The notes: generated by a model not told the origin, from the sequence alone. A DNA stretch of 37,294 nt from a virus (IMGVR_UViG_3300015200_000007:1-37294), one strand, 5' to 3'; positions 1-9,821 are shown, numbered from the stretch's first letter. A program made the numbers and translations.

Positions 1-2
1 TC

Positions 3-1133
3 CGAAAGCGTTTTATCGAGCCAGCTAAAGAAGGCCGAAAGATACTCGAAGAAGAAGTAACGGATATCACGGGTAGGAAGACCATCAACAAACGGATCTT
101 CATACCGGCAAGTGCAACTGATAATCCGACACTTCTGAAGAACGATCCGGGTTACTTAGCCCGGATGGAAATGTTACCGGAGGCGGAACGCCGAAGCAAG
201 ATCTACGGTGATTGGTGGCTATTCTCAGGTCAGGTATTCGATGAATTTAGAACAGAGCATATACCTAACGAGCCTGACAATGCCATACATATTATTGATC
301 TTAAACCACAGGATATTCCAGTCTGGTATCCTAGAGTGTTCCATCTTGACTGGGGCACCAGTGCTGCAGCTGCTGGATATTGGGGAGCTATCACGCCCGA
401 CGCGCGCTGCATAGTCTATCGGGAATACAACGAGAAAGGCAAGAAAGTTGCAGATTGGGCTAATGACTTTGTTGAATTGTCACATGGGGAAAACATCCAA
501 CAGGTCGGACTATGCCATTCTGCCTTCCAAGATCATGGGCATGAATACACACTCGCACAGCAATTCGCACAACACTCAGGTCACGTTCCAGGCAGTTCCG
601 GGCGGGATCGTATTGGCGGAAAGTTATTGCTTCACGAATTTCTCCGATGGAAGCCTCTTACTAGATCTCCACTCAGTAAGGACCAGTTCGACATTGCAAT
701 AGCTGATCGTCTGTTTAGGATCTACGGCAAGGAACGTTACGATCATTACTGTAAGATGTTTTTACCACCGGAACCAGAGAAGAATCTCCCCCGGTTATTA
801 ATCTGTAAGGACGTAGCTCCCAAGTTAGTCAACACGATTCCGTTATGCGTCTATGACGATACGAATCCTGAAGACGTAGCAGAATTTAGCGGCGATGATC
901 CTTACGATTCCATTCGGGGCCTCATCAGAATGGTTGATCGTTATGCTAGTGAATCATCAGTTAAGGCAGCCGAACTGGCAAGAACGGCTACAATCCTCAC
1001 TGATCTTGACAGGACAAAAGATCAGACCACTTTTTACCGGCGTATGGAAGTATTGGAACAGTCTCAGAATGCTGGCTTTGGAGTTCGTCGTCACTCTGCT
1101 CGGGGGAATCGAATGCAGAGAATGCCTCGTTAA
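3..1133 (+). CDS. terL: Terminase large subunit, 5'-truncated (end of ATPase domain plus C-terminal RNase H-like nuclease)
   Basis: The frame is open from base 3: RKRFIEP...RIFIPASATDNPTLLKNDPGYLARMEMLPEAERRSKIYGDW, typical of the TerL ATPase/nuclease junction. It continues with LDWG, VYRE and a final DDPYDSIR acidic nuclease motif, and lies upstream of the portal. Confidence 0.92.
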   Translation, partial: RKRFIEPAKEGRKILEEEVTDITGRKTINKRIFIPASATDNPTLLKNDPGYLARMEMLPEAERRSKIYGDWWLFSGQVFDEFRTEHIPNEPDNAIHIIDLKPQDIPVWYPRVFHLDWGTSAAAAGYWGAITPDARCIVYREYNEKGKKVADWANDFVELSHGENIQQVGLCHSAFQDHGHEYTLAQQFAQHSGHVPGSSGRDRIGGKLLLHEFLRWKPLTRSPLSKDQFDIAIADRLFRIYGKERYDHYCKMFLPPEPEKNLPRLLICKDVAPKLVNTIPLCVYDDTNPEDVAEFSGDDPYDSIRGLIRMVDRYASESSVKAAELARTATILTDLDRTKDQTTFYRRMEVLEQSQNAGFGVRRHSARGNRMQRMPR

Positions 1134-1404
1134 GGATTTAGAAATTGCGCGGGCAAACGAACGAACTGCACAAACTGGCGAGAAATCTCTGAACTGGCAG
1201 AAACTGTGGCGTGAAGAACAGGGCAGGGCCGAGGCACTTCAGGATAAGCTCGATACGCTTTCAGGAATTAACCGGGCTATGGGCGGTGTATCCGAACCTG
1301 AAGTTAAAGCATTCGGCGGTTTTCAATCTTTGAGATCACGAACCCAACAAGCCACACGCGAATCACTAGAGAAACGAAACAAGGCTAGGACTGAGGAGCA
1401 GTGA
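1069..1404 (+). CDS. Hypothetical small coiled-coil protein overlapping the terL 3' end (start uncertain)
   Basis: 3' part of ORF 895-1404. ATG at 1069 gives MLALEFVVTLLGGIECREC followed by helical heptads. It ends 1 nt before the next ATG. Confidence 0.6.
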   Translation: MLALEFVVTLLGGIECRECLVKDLEIARANERTAQTGEKSLNWQKLWREEQGRAEALQDKLDTLSGINRAMGGVSEPEVKAFGGFQSLRSRTQQATRESLEKRNKARTEEQ

Positions 1405-1405
1405 A

Positions 1406-2524
1406 ATGATTCAACAATATGGTCGCGGAGTTGGACAAGGTTTATTAGGGGCTACAGCGCCTGCCGTTGCTAATAATCCTACGCCGACCGTAGGTGTTGC
1501 AAACTCCGGCATCAGTTCTGGAGCACTAGACGTTTCCGGAGCCACTAAAGGTTCTCAGCTAGGCTACGGTTCTAGAGTAGCTAGCAAGCGAAAACAACGT
1601 GGCGAACTGCCTATGGCTGATGAGGAAACTCTCGCCGGAATTGGTGGGTCTACTAAGCCAGAACATGAAGAATTAACTGGCGGTGGTGGAATGCCATATA
1701 AGGGCGGCCCACTACAATATACGACTGGTTCCATTGGCGGAACGCCTGCCGCTAAGACTCCTGCGCTTCAGAGTGCTCTGAACAATAGTCCTGTAATGCA
1801 GCAAGCTAGGGGACAGATCTCCCCTATGGCGATCAACAATAGAGGTCCAGCGGTAGGCGGCTCCGTTACTACTCCAGCACAAGCGCCATTAGCAGGTGCA
1901 GGTGCAACCCCAAGATCTGGAGTTCCGATGTCAGCCGGAGTTCCAATCTACGAGAAGGACAGGAATGAATATAATCTTCATCCTGGCGGGCCGGGCTATG
2001 CTGGTAGTTTAGCAGAGCGTATTAATCTCCAAAATCCTACCGGTAGAGCAGATTTGCCGTATGCTCAGGGCGGCACTAACGGTGGCTGGATTGATGGTAT
2101 TGGAGAAACAATTTCGATGGGCCGAAGCATTACTCCGCTTCTGGCTAAGCAGCAGGAACTTCAAGCCCTCAGATTAGGCATCCCGGCTAACTTTATTCAA
2201 GGTTTCAAGCAGGCTAACCCAGGCGACACGAATAGGCTTATTGAAGCTTATAACAGTGAACAGGGCGGTCAAGGCGTAGGCGGCCCAAGCTGGCAGAACT
2301 ACGCATTACCTTCGGAATCTGAAGTTAACGATTACTTCGGCGCGCCAGCAGGGGCACCCCCAACACCACAAGCTCCTACGCCAGCAGGACCATCACGCGA
2401 AGAAATTGAAGCTGAGATTCGTGCTGAGATTGAAGCAGAGAATAAAAGGAAAGCTGACGAGGAAGCAGCAGCAAAGAAAGCACGAGTAAGCAATCCTCGT
2501 GGTAAGAAGCCCGGTGAAAAGTAA
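1406..2524 (+). CDS. Hypothetical Gly/Pro/Ala-rich protein, possibly virion-associated
   Basis: 372-aa ORF with GAGGAG SD upstream, low complexity, and a C-terminal charged helix (EEIEAEIRAEIEAE). Confidence 0.8.
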   Translation: MIQQYGRGVGQGLLGATAPAVANNPTPTVGVANSGISSGALDVSGATKGSQLGYGSRVASKRKQRGELPMADEETLAGIGGSTKPEHEELTGGGGMPYKGGPLQYTTGSIGGTPAAKTPALQSALNNSPVMQQARGQISPMAINNRGPAVGGSVTTPAQAPLAGAGATPRSGVPMSAGVPIYEKDRNEYNLHPGGPGYAGSLAERINLQNPTGRADLPYAQGGTNGGWIDGIGETISMGRSITPLLAKQQELQALRLGIPANFIQGFKQANPGDTNRLIEAYNSEQGGQGVGGPSWQNYALPSESEVNDYFGAPAGAPPTPQAPTPAGPSREEIEAEIRAEIEAENKRKADEEAAAKKARVSNPRGKKPGEK

Positions 2525-2661
2525 TGACCACTAAGATTCTTGCAGGTGCTGTTCCTCCTGGTGCAGTAGAGCAGGAACGAGTAGTAAAAGCCCGCCCGAA
2601 GGGCGGTAAGTCAAACTTTAAGGTTAAGAAGCCCGGTAGTGGCTTTTTCGGAAAGAAATAA
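2524..2661 (+). CDS. 45-aa basic microprotein (not in the ORF track)
   Basis: MTTKILAGAVPPGAVEQERVVKARPKGGKSNFKVKKPGSGFFGKK*. It has TAATG stop/start overlaps at both ends and fills the gap exactly. Confidence 0.75.
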   Translation: MTTKILAGAVPPGAVEQERVVKARPKGGKSNFKVKKPGSGFFGKK

Positions 2662-5090
2662 TGGGACCAGGTGGATTTCCGCCGCAGGGACTACCGCCAG
2701 AAATTCCGGGGCAGGGATTCCCGCTTGAAGAATTAGACCTTGAACCCTCGAATTGGGTTGAGGCTGATCCAGAATTCCGCACTGATGTAGAGATCATTCC
2801 ATCAGCACCGAACGTAGACGATACCGAAATCGGCGGGGAGAACCAAGATCTCGAAGACCAGCCCGCCGAAGAACTTGGAGCAATAGACGACATAACCGGG
2901 ATGCCCCAAGATGTAGTAGACGCGGTGCTCACTGTCACCAAATACTACGAAGACGAAGACCGCGAAGCTCGGGAGCAGATGAATGCCTTCTACAGAAAAG
3001 CCGAGCTATACTGGCAGGGACTCCAGAGAATCTATTACGACTTCCAAGCTACAGACTGGAAACGCCTGGATAGTTCAGACGAATACGACCCCGACATGTA
3101 TGATAAAATCATCAACATATATCGTGCTCATGGGGAATCGCTTATATCCGCTCTATCCATTAAACTGCCGAACACTATTTTCTATCCCGACGACGCTGAC
3201 GTAGCTGAAGACATCGAAACTGCGAAGACCTACACTAAGATTCAGGAATTAGTTCAGAAGCATAATGACGGAATCTTAGTCTTTATGCGGGCATTGTTCT
3301 ACATCTATAACCACGGGATCACGTTCGCACATATTTATAACCGGGCCAGCGAAGATTATGGAACTGTAGAAGTTCCACACTATGCAGATCAGCCAACAAC
3401 AGTTCGCACACACACGTTGGTCTGCCCGGCCTGTATGGGTGCTATAGATCAGAAAGAAACTATCGACGATCCTATATCACCATTCATGGGCGAACCTGTA
3501 TCTTGTCCGAACTGTGGGCAAGTTTCTGCACCAGAACCACAGGTAGAGGAAGAACAGATACCCAAGATTGAGACATATACCCAAGAGGCCAAATCGCGGA
3601 CTATGATTGAGGTCTTTGGACCGCTCTACGTGCATGTTGCGCTATATGCTCGCAAGCAGAGCGATACGCCTTACCTCCGTCACAAATTCGAGCAGCATAA
3701 GTCCATGCTCTTGAATCTGTTTCCTAAGGCGAAAGATCACCTCGGGGGAATTTCTAGCCGGGATTTCACGGAACGTCAGTATAGGACTTTCGCTGGTTCG
3801 CGTGAAGAACTGCGAAACAATCTGCTTACCGTGAACTGTCAATGGCTGCGTCCGTGGTCTTATGATGCGCCGTTACAGGGCAACCCGGATTTAATTGCGA
3901 AGCTTAAGCAGGCATTCCCTAAGGGATGCTACGCAGTAATCGCGAACAACCGAGTATTCGATCTACGTGACGAATCGCTGGATGAGCATTGGGAAATTAC
4001 ACACCATCCGACCAGTATTCACATCCACGCAGATCCAATGGGGAAGCCATTAATCCCTATTCAGGAACTACGCAATGAAGCTGTTGATTTAGGAATTGAA
4101 ACCTTTGAGCACTCAATTCCGGAAACGTTTGCCGATAAAGACGTCCTGGACTTCCAGAAATATTCGGCAGAAACTGCTAAGGCCGGAATGGTATATCCGG
4201 TCAAGAAGCCATTGGGTGGCTCGATTGGTGAGAGTTTCCATTCACTTAAAACAGCTACGCTCAATGAGGAGATCGAGTCCTTTATTAGTCGTCTCGACAC
4301 TGACGGCCAGTTCTCTGTTGGTTCTTTCCCTTCCATATATGGCGGACCCAGCACGTCAGGATCTAAAACAGCTAGTGAGTATTCCCAGTCCAGGGCGCAG
4401 GCTTTACAACGTCTAAACATTAATTGGACCATGCTTAAGCATTGGTGGGCCAATACGATGTATAAGGCCACGACGCAGTTCGTCAATGCGATGGTTGCGG
4501 ATGAGAAATTTGTAACTAAGACTCCACAGTCCTCGACCGGCTTTGTCAATACTTGGATTAGGCAAGCAGAATTAACCGGGCGAGTTGGCCGGGTAGAGCC
4601 TGAAGTTGACGAAGAATTACCAGTTAGCTACGCGCAGGTCAAGCAGACCTTAATGGAGCTTCTAACGCTTGGTAACGAGGAACTGACCAACTGGATTATG
4701 CACCCGAATAATTCAGGTATCGCAGCTAAAGCTGTGGGAATTCCGCTATATATTCCCGGTGCTGATGCCCGCGATAAGCAGATGAGCGAGATTGCTGAAA
4801 TGCTTAATGGTCCGCCATTAGCTGAAGGTATCCCCTCAGTGCAGATTAACCCGCTTACTGATCAGCACGAAATCGAGGCGGAAACCTTACTGGTCTTCCT
4901 GAATAGTTCTACTGGTCAAGCTCAGAAGCGCATTAATCCATTAGGCATCCAGAACTGTGAGTTCCATTATATGGCTCACATACAGCAGATTGCCATGAAG
5001 ATGCAGAATGAAGCTAACGCGCAAGTTGCAACTGCAGATCAAGATGCAGCCCGTGAGGCAAATGCCGGGGCCGAGCCTCCCCCCGTATAA
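2661..5090 (+). CDS. Portal protein (P22-like size) with an inserted CxxC...CxxC zinc ribbon
   Basis: 809 aa, between terL and scaffold/MCP. Portal-like segments: AELYWQGLQ, IINIYRAHGE, LIPIQELRNE, KTASEYSQSRAQA. Confidence 0.85.
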   Translation: MGPGGFPPQGLPPEIPGQGFPLEELDLEPSNWVEADPEFRTDVEIIPSAPNVDDTEIGGENQDLEDQPAEELGAIDDITGMPQDVVDAVLTVTKYYEDEDREAREQMNAFYRKAELYWQGLQRIYYDFQATDWKRLDSSDEYDPDMYDKIINIYRAHGESLISALSIKLPNTIFYPDDADVAEDIETAKTYTKIQELVQKHNDGILVFMRALFYIYNHGITFAHIYNRASEDYGTVEVPHYADQPTTVRTHTLVCPACMGAIDQKETIDDPISPFMGEPVSCPNCGQVSAPEPQVEEEQIPKIETYTQEAKSRTMIEVFGPLYVHVALYARKQSDTPYLRHKFEQHKSMLLNLFPKAKDHLGGISSRDFTERQYRTFAGSREELRNNLLTVNCQWLRPWSYDAPLQGNPDLIAKLKQAFPKGCYAVIANNRVFDLRDESLDEHWEITHHPTSIHIHADPMGKPLIPIQELRNEAVDLGIETFEHSIPETFADKDVLDFQKYSAETAKAGMVYPVKKPLGGSIGESFHSLKTATLNEEIESFISRLDTDGQFSVGSFPSIYGGPSTSGSKTASEYSQSRAQALQRLNINWTMLKHWWANTMYKATTQFVNAMVADEKFVTKTPQSSTGFVNTWIRQAELTGRVGRVEPEVDEELPVSYAQVKQTLMELLTLGNEELTNWIMHPNNSGIAAKAVGIPLYIPGADARDKQMSEIAEMLNGPPLAEGIPSVQINPLTDQHEIEAETLLVFLNSSTGQAQKRINPLGIQNCEFHYMAHIQQIAMKMQNEANAQVATADQDAAREANAGAEPPPV

Positions 5091-5106
5091 GGGCTAAGGA
5101 GTAGTT

Positions 5107-6294
5107 ATGTTTCGTATCAAGTTTCCACTGTATAGTCCTGACGATGCTGGCGAAGCCAGCCCTGAAGCTGAAGCTTTATCTGATGTAGATATTCTAGAGG
5201 ACGCAGATGAAGAACAAGAAGAAACCGAAAGCTTTGAAGCCGCGGATAACGATCGGGAAGGCGACGAACCCGAAGAAAAACCTGCGAAAGCAGAAGACGA
5301 CTCGGACACACTAATCCGGGTTTCTTACACGGACGTTAAGAAAGAATTCCCTGATCTCTTCAAGAAGTTTCCGCAGCTTAAGACTGCATTTTTCCGTGAA
5401 CAGGAGTTCACCAAGCGATTTGGTAGCATTGAGGATGCCGACGAAGCGGTAGAATCCGTAGAGGCATTCCGCGCTATTGAGTCCACAGTAAAAGCCGGCA
5501 ACGCCGGAGAGTTTCTTGATCAAGTTTCAAACCTGTCAGACAAGGCTGTCGATAGGTTTGCTAACAATTTCCTCCCCGCGCTCTTTGAGAAGAATCAGAA
5601 GGCTTACTTCCGTGTAACTGCCCCACTGATTCGCACTGTCTTAGCGGAAGTCTTAGAAACCGGGGAGGAAAACGGTAATAGGAATATGGTGAACGCCGCA
5701 AAGGTAGTTCATCAGGCAATCTTTAGGGACGACCGATACGGTAAAGTCCCTATGATGCAAAGGCCACAGGTTCCGCAGGACGAGGAACTTAGCCAGGAAC
5801 GAAATGAGTTCTACGCTGGCAAGCACAATAATCTGATGCTGGACGTTACCAAGGACATCAGATCAAGGCTTGAATCGGAGATCTCTAAGAGCGTAGACCC
5901 AACGAAGTCTATGCGTCCTGGTGTCAAAAAGCTCATTATTGAGAAAATTGTGAGCGGTATCGACAAGGAAGTTAGTTCTGATCCACAGCACATGAATCGT
6001 ATCATGTCATTGTGGCGCCGTGAAAGACAGTCCAAATACTCGGGTAGATACAAAGACAGTATCATTACTGCGTATCTGTCACGCGCAAGAACGTCTATGC
6101 CGGGTGTGAGGAAAGCAGTTCGTTCGGAGATCTTAGGGCAACAGAAGGACGAGGATGATAACAGATCCTCAAAGTTAAACCGCAACACTAATGTGCCGAG
6201 TGGTTCTGCATCGAGAGGCTCGTCTCGACAAATTAGCGTGACAGACGCACGCAAAGGAAAACTCTCCGATAAAGACATCATTGCACGGAGCTAA
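5107..6294 (+). CDS. Capsid scaffolding protein
   Basis: Acidic N-terminus, helical body and basic C-terminal tail. Lies between portal and MCP, with a strong TAAGGAG SD. Confidence 0.7.
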   Translation: MFRIKFPLYSPDDAGEASPEAEALSDVDILEDADEEQEETESFEAADNDREGDEPEEKPAKAEDDSDTLIRVSYTDVKKEFPDLFKKFPQLKTAFFREQEFTKRFGSIEDADEAVESVEAFRAIESTVKAGNAGEFLDQVSNLSDKAVDRFANNFLPALFEKNQKAYFRVTAPLIRTVLAEVLETGEENGNRNMVNAAKVVHQAIFRDDRYGKVPMMQRPQVPQDEELSQERNEFYAGKHNNLMLDVTKDIRSRLESEISKSVDPTKSMRPGVKKLIIEKIVSGIDKEVSSDPQHMNRIMSLWRRERQSKYSGRYKDSIITAYLSRARTSMPGVRKAVRSEILGQQKDEDDNRSSKLNRNTNVPSGSASRGSSRQISVTDARKGKLSDKDIIARS

Positions 6295-6299
6295 ATGCC

Positions 6300-7547
6300 A
6301 TGCAGGATAATGTTGACGTAGTTGCTACGCAGTTAGAGAAGGTCGAGAAGAACGTTCCGACTCTCTACGACAATGACGATCTTTTCTATACCTCAGTCCA
6401 GAAGGCTCAGGTAGAGGTCGTCTCCACGCGGGATATGCGTATTCCGTTAAAGCTTCACCCCGGCTCGGCTTTCGGTTACTTCGATACCGATAACGGAGAC
6501 ATGGGGACTGGCGAAGCGCCCGATTACGATAAGGCGGTTATCTCCACGGTCAACATGAAGTTGGCTGTGCAGTGGACCACTAAGGCGGAATGGGGCACGG
6601 ACGACAAGCGTAAGGCGGTAATCAATACGCTTAACGACCTTCTGGCCAACTCTATGGCAGAATTCCGTCGTCAGTCGGAATCGCAGTGCATGACCGCTGG
6701 AACTGGCGTGCTTGCTACTGTCACAACCGCCACGCCTGCCGCTGGTGTCGATACCATTACCTGCACCACGGACGGCTTCGGTGTAAAGCTTCTGCGCGTT
6801 GGTCAGCGCGTTAGCGTTTATGACGCGACTCGTGTAACGAACAAAACCCCCGGTGGTCCTCAGAAGATCACGTTCATTGATATCGTTAACAAGACGTTCA
6901 AGATTGCGTCTGTTACTGGTATCGTTCCCGGTGACGTTATTCTTCCGGAAGGTTTGGTTGGCTCCACGCCGGTAGGACTCTATGGTCTGCCTTACCACGT
7001 TAGCAACGCTACGTCTGGTTCATGGCTTGGCCTTAACCGGGCTAACATTCCTGAGATTGTTGCTAACGGTGTTGATGCTTCTAGTGCTCTTGCACTGGAG
7101 CATGGTCGTCTGGCGATTAATAAGATCGGTGATCGCGTCGGGATTGATAAGAACTATAAGCCGGAAGCTTGGATGCATCCCGCGCAGGCGGCGAGCTACG
7201 AGTCTCTCGGAACGTTAGTTTCTATCATCCAGAAGCAGGCTAAGGAAGAAGACCTTAACCTGTATTTCGGTGAGGGGATGCAGATCGCTGGCGCTCCAGT
7301 GAAGACTTCATTCCTCTGGGATAAGACCCGTATCGACTTTAACATTTCCTCACTGTGGGGACGTGCAGAGTTGAAGGCGCCCGGTTTCTATACCGTTGGC
7401 GGCAGGAAGATTTTCGAGATGCGCGGTCCTTCGGGCGGCGTTGCTACCTCGCAGATCTTCTACATTGTGGCTTCGTGGAATCTTTTCCACAAGAATCCAC
7501 AGGCGGCGTCCTACATCTACAACCTCACCGTTCCGGCCGGTTACTAG
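6300..7547 (+). CDS. Major capsid protein (HK97 fold predicted)
   Basis: 415 aa, follows the scaffold. Long spine-helix-like segment (LNDLLANSMAEFRRQSESQCMTAGTG), C-terminal ...NLFHKNPQAASYIYNL, and biased high-expression-like codon usage. Confidence 0.85.
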   Translation: MQDNVDVVATQLEKVEKNVPTLYDNDDLFYTSVQKAQVEVVSTRDMRIPLKLHPGSAFGYFDTDNGDMGTGEAPDYDKAVISTVNMKLAVQWTTKAEWGTDDKRKAVINTLNDLLANSMAEFRRQSESQCMTAGTGVLATVTTATPAAGVDTITCTTDGFGVKLLRVGQRVSVYDATRVTNKTPGGPQKITFIDIVNKTFKIASVTGIVPGDVILPEGLVGSTPVGLYGLPYHVSNATSGSWLGLNRANIPEIVANGVDASSALALEHGRLAINKIGDRVGIDKNYKPEAWMHPAQAASYESLGTLVSIIQKQAKEEDLNLYFGEGMQIAGAPVKTSFLWDKTRIDFNISSLWGRAELKAPGFYTVGGRKIFEMRGPSGGVATSQIFYIVASWNLFHKNPQAASYIYNLTVPAGY

Positions 7548-7552
7548 CAAGA

Positions 7553-7622
7553 GTGGGCCAGCCTGGTTTAGACTTTAGGGTGTGTTGCCTTAAGGTGGGA
7601 GAACTAGGCTAGGCTGGCCTAC
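7553..7622 (+). promoter_or_regulatory. Long bulged RNA stem-loop after the MCP stop (processing, attenuation or stability element)
   Basis: GTGGGCCAGCCTGGTTTAG pairs with CTAGGCTAGGCTGGCCTAC (19 bp including G-U). Inner stem ACTTTAGGG/CCTTAAGGT, 3' bulge GGGAGAA. Confidence 0.7.
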
Positions 7623-7644
7623 GAAACTTTTTGGAGACTGAAAA

Positions 7645-7950
7645 ATGCCTGATGTGGATCTCGCTAAGTTTGCTAGCCGGGCGTGGATTAACCCTCCCGG
7701 TGGTGTAGTTGGTCCGGTGTTGGCTAGTGCTGCGGATGTTACCATTACGCATCCTATCCATCACGTTTCTGGTGCGGCAGCGCTTACTAACCTGTGGCCG
7801 CCGTTTCCCGGTTTCATCGGTGAAGTCACGCTCATTCCCGATGGGGCATTTACTACGGTTGCCACCGGAAACATTGGCGCCGCGGCTACTGCGGTAGTCG
7901 GACGTGCCATTTCTATGGTGTTCGACGGCACCAAGTGGTATCCGCGCTAG
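7645..7950 (+). CDS. Small virion protein, possible capsid decoration protein
   Basis: 101 aa, beta/Gly/Ala-rich, directly after MCP, GGAG SD, ends in FDGTKWYP. Confidence 0.7.
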   Translation: MPDVDLAKFASRAWINPPGGVVGPVLASAADVTITHPIHHVSGAAALTNLWPPFPGFIGEVTLIPDGAFTTVATGNIGAAATAVVGRAISMVFDGTKWYPR

Positions 7951-7960
7951 TGTTCTAAAC

Positions 7961-8028
7961 TTTAGCCGGGCTGGTTGGATGTGTCTAATTCTGGGCTCAT
8001 CTGCGAGGAACTAGCCAGCCCGGCTAAA
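7961..8028 (+). promoter_or_regulatory. Second long bulged RNA stem-loop
   Basis: TTTAGCCGGGCTGG / CCAGCCCGGCTAAA is a perfect 14-bp inverted repeat (18 bp with G-U). It has an inner hairpin and a 3' purine-rich bulge (GCGAGGAA). Confidence 0.7.
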
Positions 8029-8040
8029 ACTGGAAACTAT

Positions 8041-8535
8041 ATGAGCGACGAACTCACAATCAATCGCTGGCTGAAAGAACACTTTGGAACTTCTTTGGAC
8101 GGTCGTCCGAATTTTCGAGTGTGCTGGACTACAGGCTTACTGGAAAAGCGTCACGGAACGTTCAACGACTTTGTAGCCCAAACCGACATATTGATTCGGA
8201 CTTGGACTGGTGTCAAAGAGGTTCCAAAGTATCCTTTCTACAAGGATCGCTGGGTTCTGGAGAAACTTGAATACATTGGTAACAACAAAGAACTACTAGA
8301 GAAAACTGGCTATGAGCCGCTATGGATATTCCAAACGGCTGACGGTTCATTCCTTCCACTGGTCCATAGAGCCGTCGCATTTTTCATGTTCTTCTATACG
8401 AATCGGGGTAACATCCGCACTCCGTCAGATTTTACTGATGAAGACACGGCGAAATTCAATGCGGAAGTCAATTACTTTAAGGACTTCCTGAAAGACAAAA
8501 TGTCCGATCCTAACCAGATGGACTTAGTGAGGTAG
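8041..8535 (+). CDS. Hypothetical protein
   Basis: ORF 7975-8535. ATG at 8041 (MSDELTINRW) is preferred because the upstream part lies within the stem-loop. Confidence 0.8.
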   Translation: MSDELTINRWLKEHFGTSLDGRPNFRVCWTTGLLEKRHGTFNDFVAQTDILIRTWTGVKEVPKYPFYKDRWVLEKLEYIGNNKELLEKTGYEPLWIFQTADGSFLPLVHRAVAFFMFFYTNRGNIRTPSDFTDEDTAKFNAEVNYFKDFLKDKMSDPNQMDLVR

Positions 8536-8536
8536 C

Positions 8537-9154
8537 ATGGACCCGACGAAAGCAACAATAGTATCAATCGTTCCGATCAAGATTCGGATACCAACTCCGC
8601 ATATCAACCCTAGCACGTATGAAATTCCGGCGGCTAAGGTTGGAGAGATTCAGGTCTTAGTGCTAGGCGAAGCCACATACCCGATCTATATGGGTGAAGG
8701 CCGTAGCATGACCAATCGGGAACTGGCTATTACGGTTGCCGAACAGATTATGAATCAATACGTGGGTGCCCAACTTGGCTTAGGTGAAGATTGCCAGCCG
8801 GGAGTTTTCTTTGTAGTTGGCGCACATTTGCCTGGCGACATTCCTAATCGGTTCCCTGCGGAACTGGAGAAAGCTAATCGTCAGCAGCGTAACTGGTTCT
8901 CTAAGCTGGTTAATGAAGGCGACGATTGCTGGAATAAGTTTCATCGTTCAGCCGCGATTAGTGAACTACAGCGCAAGGCTTGCACTTGGCTTGGTATCCA
9001 GCGTGAATGGAACATTGACGTAGCCCGCGTAATCAATAAGTGTATTGCTTGCAAAGGCGACCTTCCGGACGGCGCTATCGTGTGCATGAACTGCAGAACG
9101 ATCATCAATCAAAAAGCTTACAAAGAACTCGGCCTGTCGCAAATAGGAGCCTAA
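8537..9154 (+). CDS. Hypothetical protein with C-terminal zinc ribbon
   Basis: 205 aa, CIAC-x10-CMNC near the C-terminus, GAGGT SD. Confidence 0.8.
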   Translation: MDPTKATIVSIVPIKIRIPTPHINPSTYEIPAAKVGEIQVLVLGEATYPIYMGEGRSMTNRELAITVAEQIMNQYVGAQLGLGEDCQPGVFFVVGAHLPGDIPNRFPAELEKANRQQRNWFSKLVNEGDDCWNKFHRSAAISELQRKACTWLGIQREWNIDVARVINKCIACKGDLPDGAIVCMNCRTIINQKAYKELGLSQIGA

Positions 9155-9155
9155 T

Positions 9156-9821
9156 ATGTTAGCTGGTGATGTAACCAAAGAAGCCGCGATATTGCTCACT
9201 GATCCGCAGCAAATGTATTGGAGTGATATTGTTCTTCTGCCGTTACTGAACAAGGCTAACAACGAACTTGCCTTATTGTTCGAGCGCGAAGAACTGCCTA
9301 TCATGATCGAGGAACAGGCGCCGGTTACTACTGTGGAAGTCGGCGACAAGACTATGGACGAGATTCCTACGGACATGATAGAGCCTATCCGCATGTGGGA
9401 ACGTGCAATGGGCTCCCAGGAAAAGTGGGCTGAGGTAGATCAGGTAATCAACATCGACAAGAACAATATTACTTCTAGCCGGGTGAATGAATGGGCGTGG
9501 CGTAGGAGTCAGATTTTCATTACTCCACCTACCCAACCCCGCGAAGTAATGCTGGATTACTTCAGGAGTCTGCTTCCTCTAGATTCGGCAGGATCACTAG
9601 TAGAAGTTCCTAAAGCTAAGACTTGGCTCGCAGTCAGAACCGCCCAGCTGGCTGCGCTCCATGTGGGGAACAATCCTACGAGGTATGAGGAACTGATTCC
9701 TGAAGTAACTAAGGCAGAAGACATCTTGTTACGGACTATGGGTAAGCGTGTCCAAGGCGCATACGGCGTAAGGCGTAGACCTTATAGGGGTGCAATGAAT
9801 AGGCGATCTACTGTAGTTTAG
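9156..9821 (+). CDS. Head-tail adaptor / tail tubular protein A-like
   Basis: 221 aa with a helical N-terminus (WSDIVLLPLLNKA), a IFITPPT beta segment and a helical C-terminus. Its position upstream of the nozzle gene fits. Confidence 0.65.
   Translation: MLAGDVTKEAAILLTDPQQMYWSDIVLLPLLNKANNELALLFEREELPIMIEEQAPVTTVEVGDKTMDEIPTDMIEPIRMWERAMGSQEKWAEVDQVINIDKNNITSSRVNEWAWRRSQIFITPPTQPREVMLDYFRSLLPLDSAGSLVEVPKAKTWLAVRTAQLAALHVGNNPTRYEELIPEVTKAEDILLRTMGKRVQGAYGVRRRPYRGAMNRRSTVV

Noticed and set aside
7545-7645. Stop-codon readthrough of MCP (TAG-CAA followed by a stem) into the next gene
   Set aside because: Two more in-frame TAGs follow quickly, and ORF 7645 is in a different frame.
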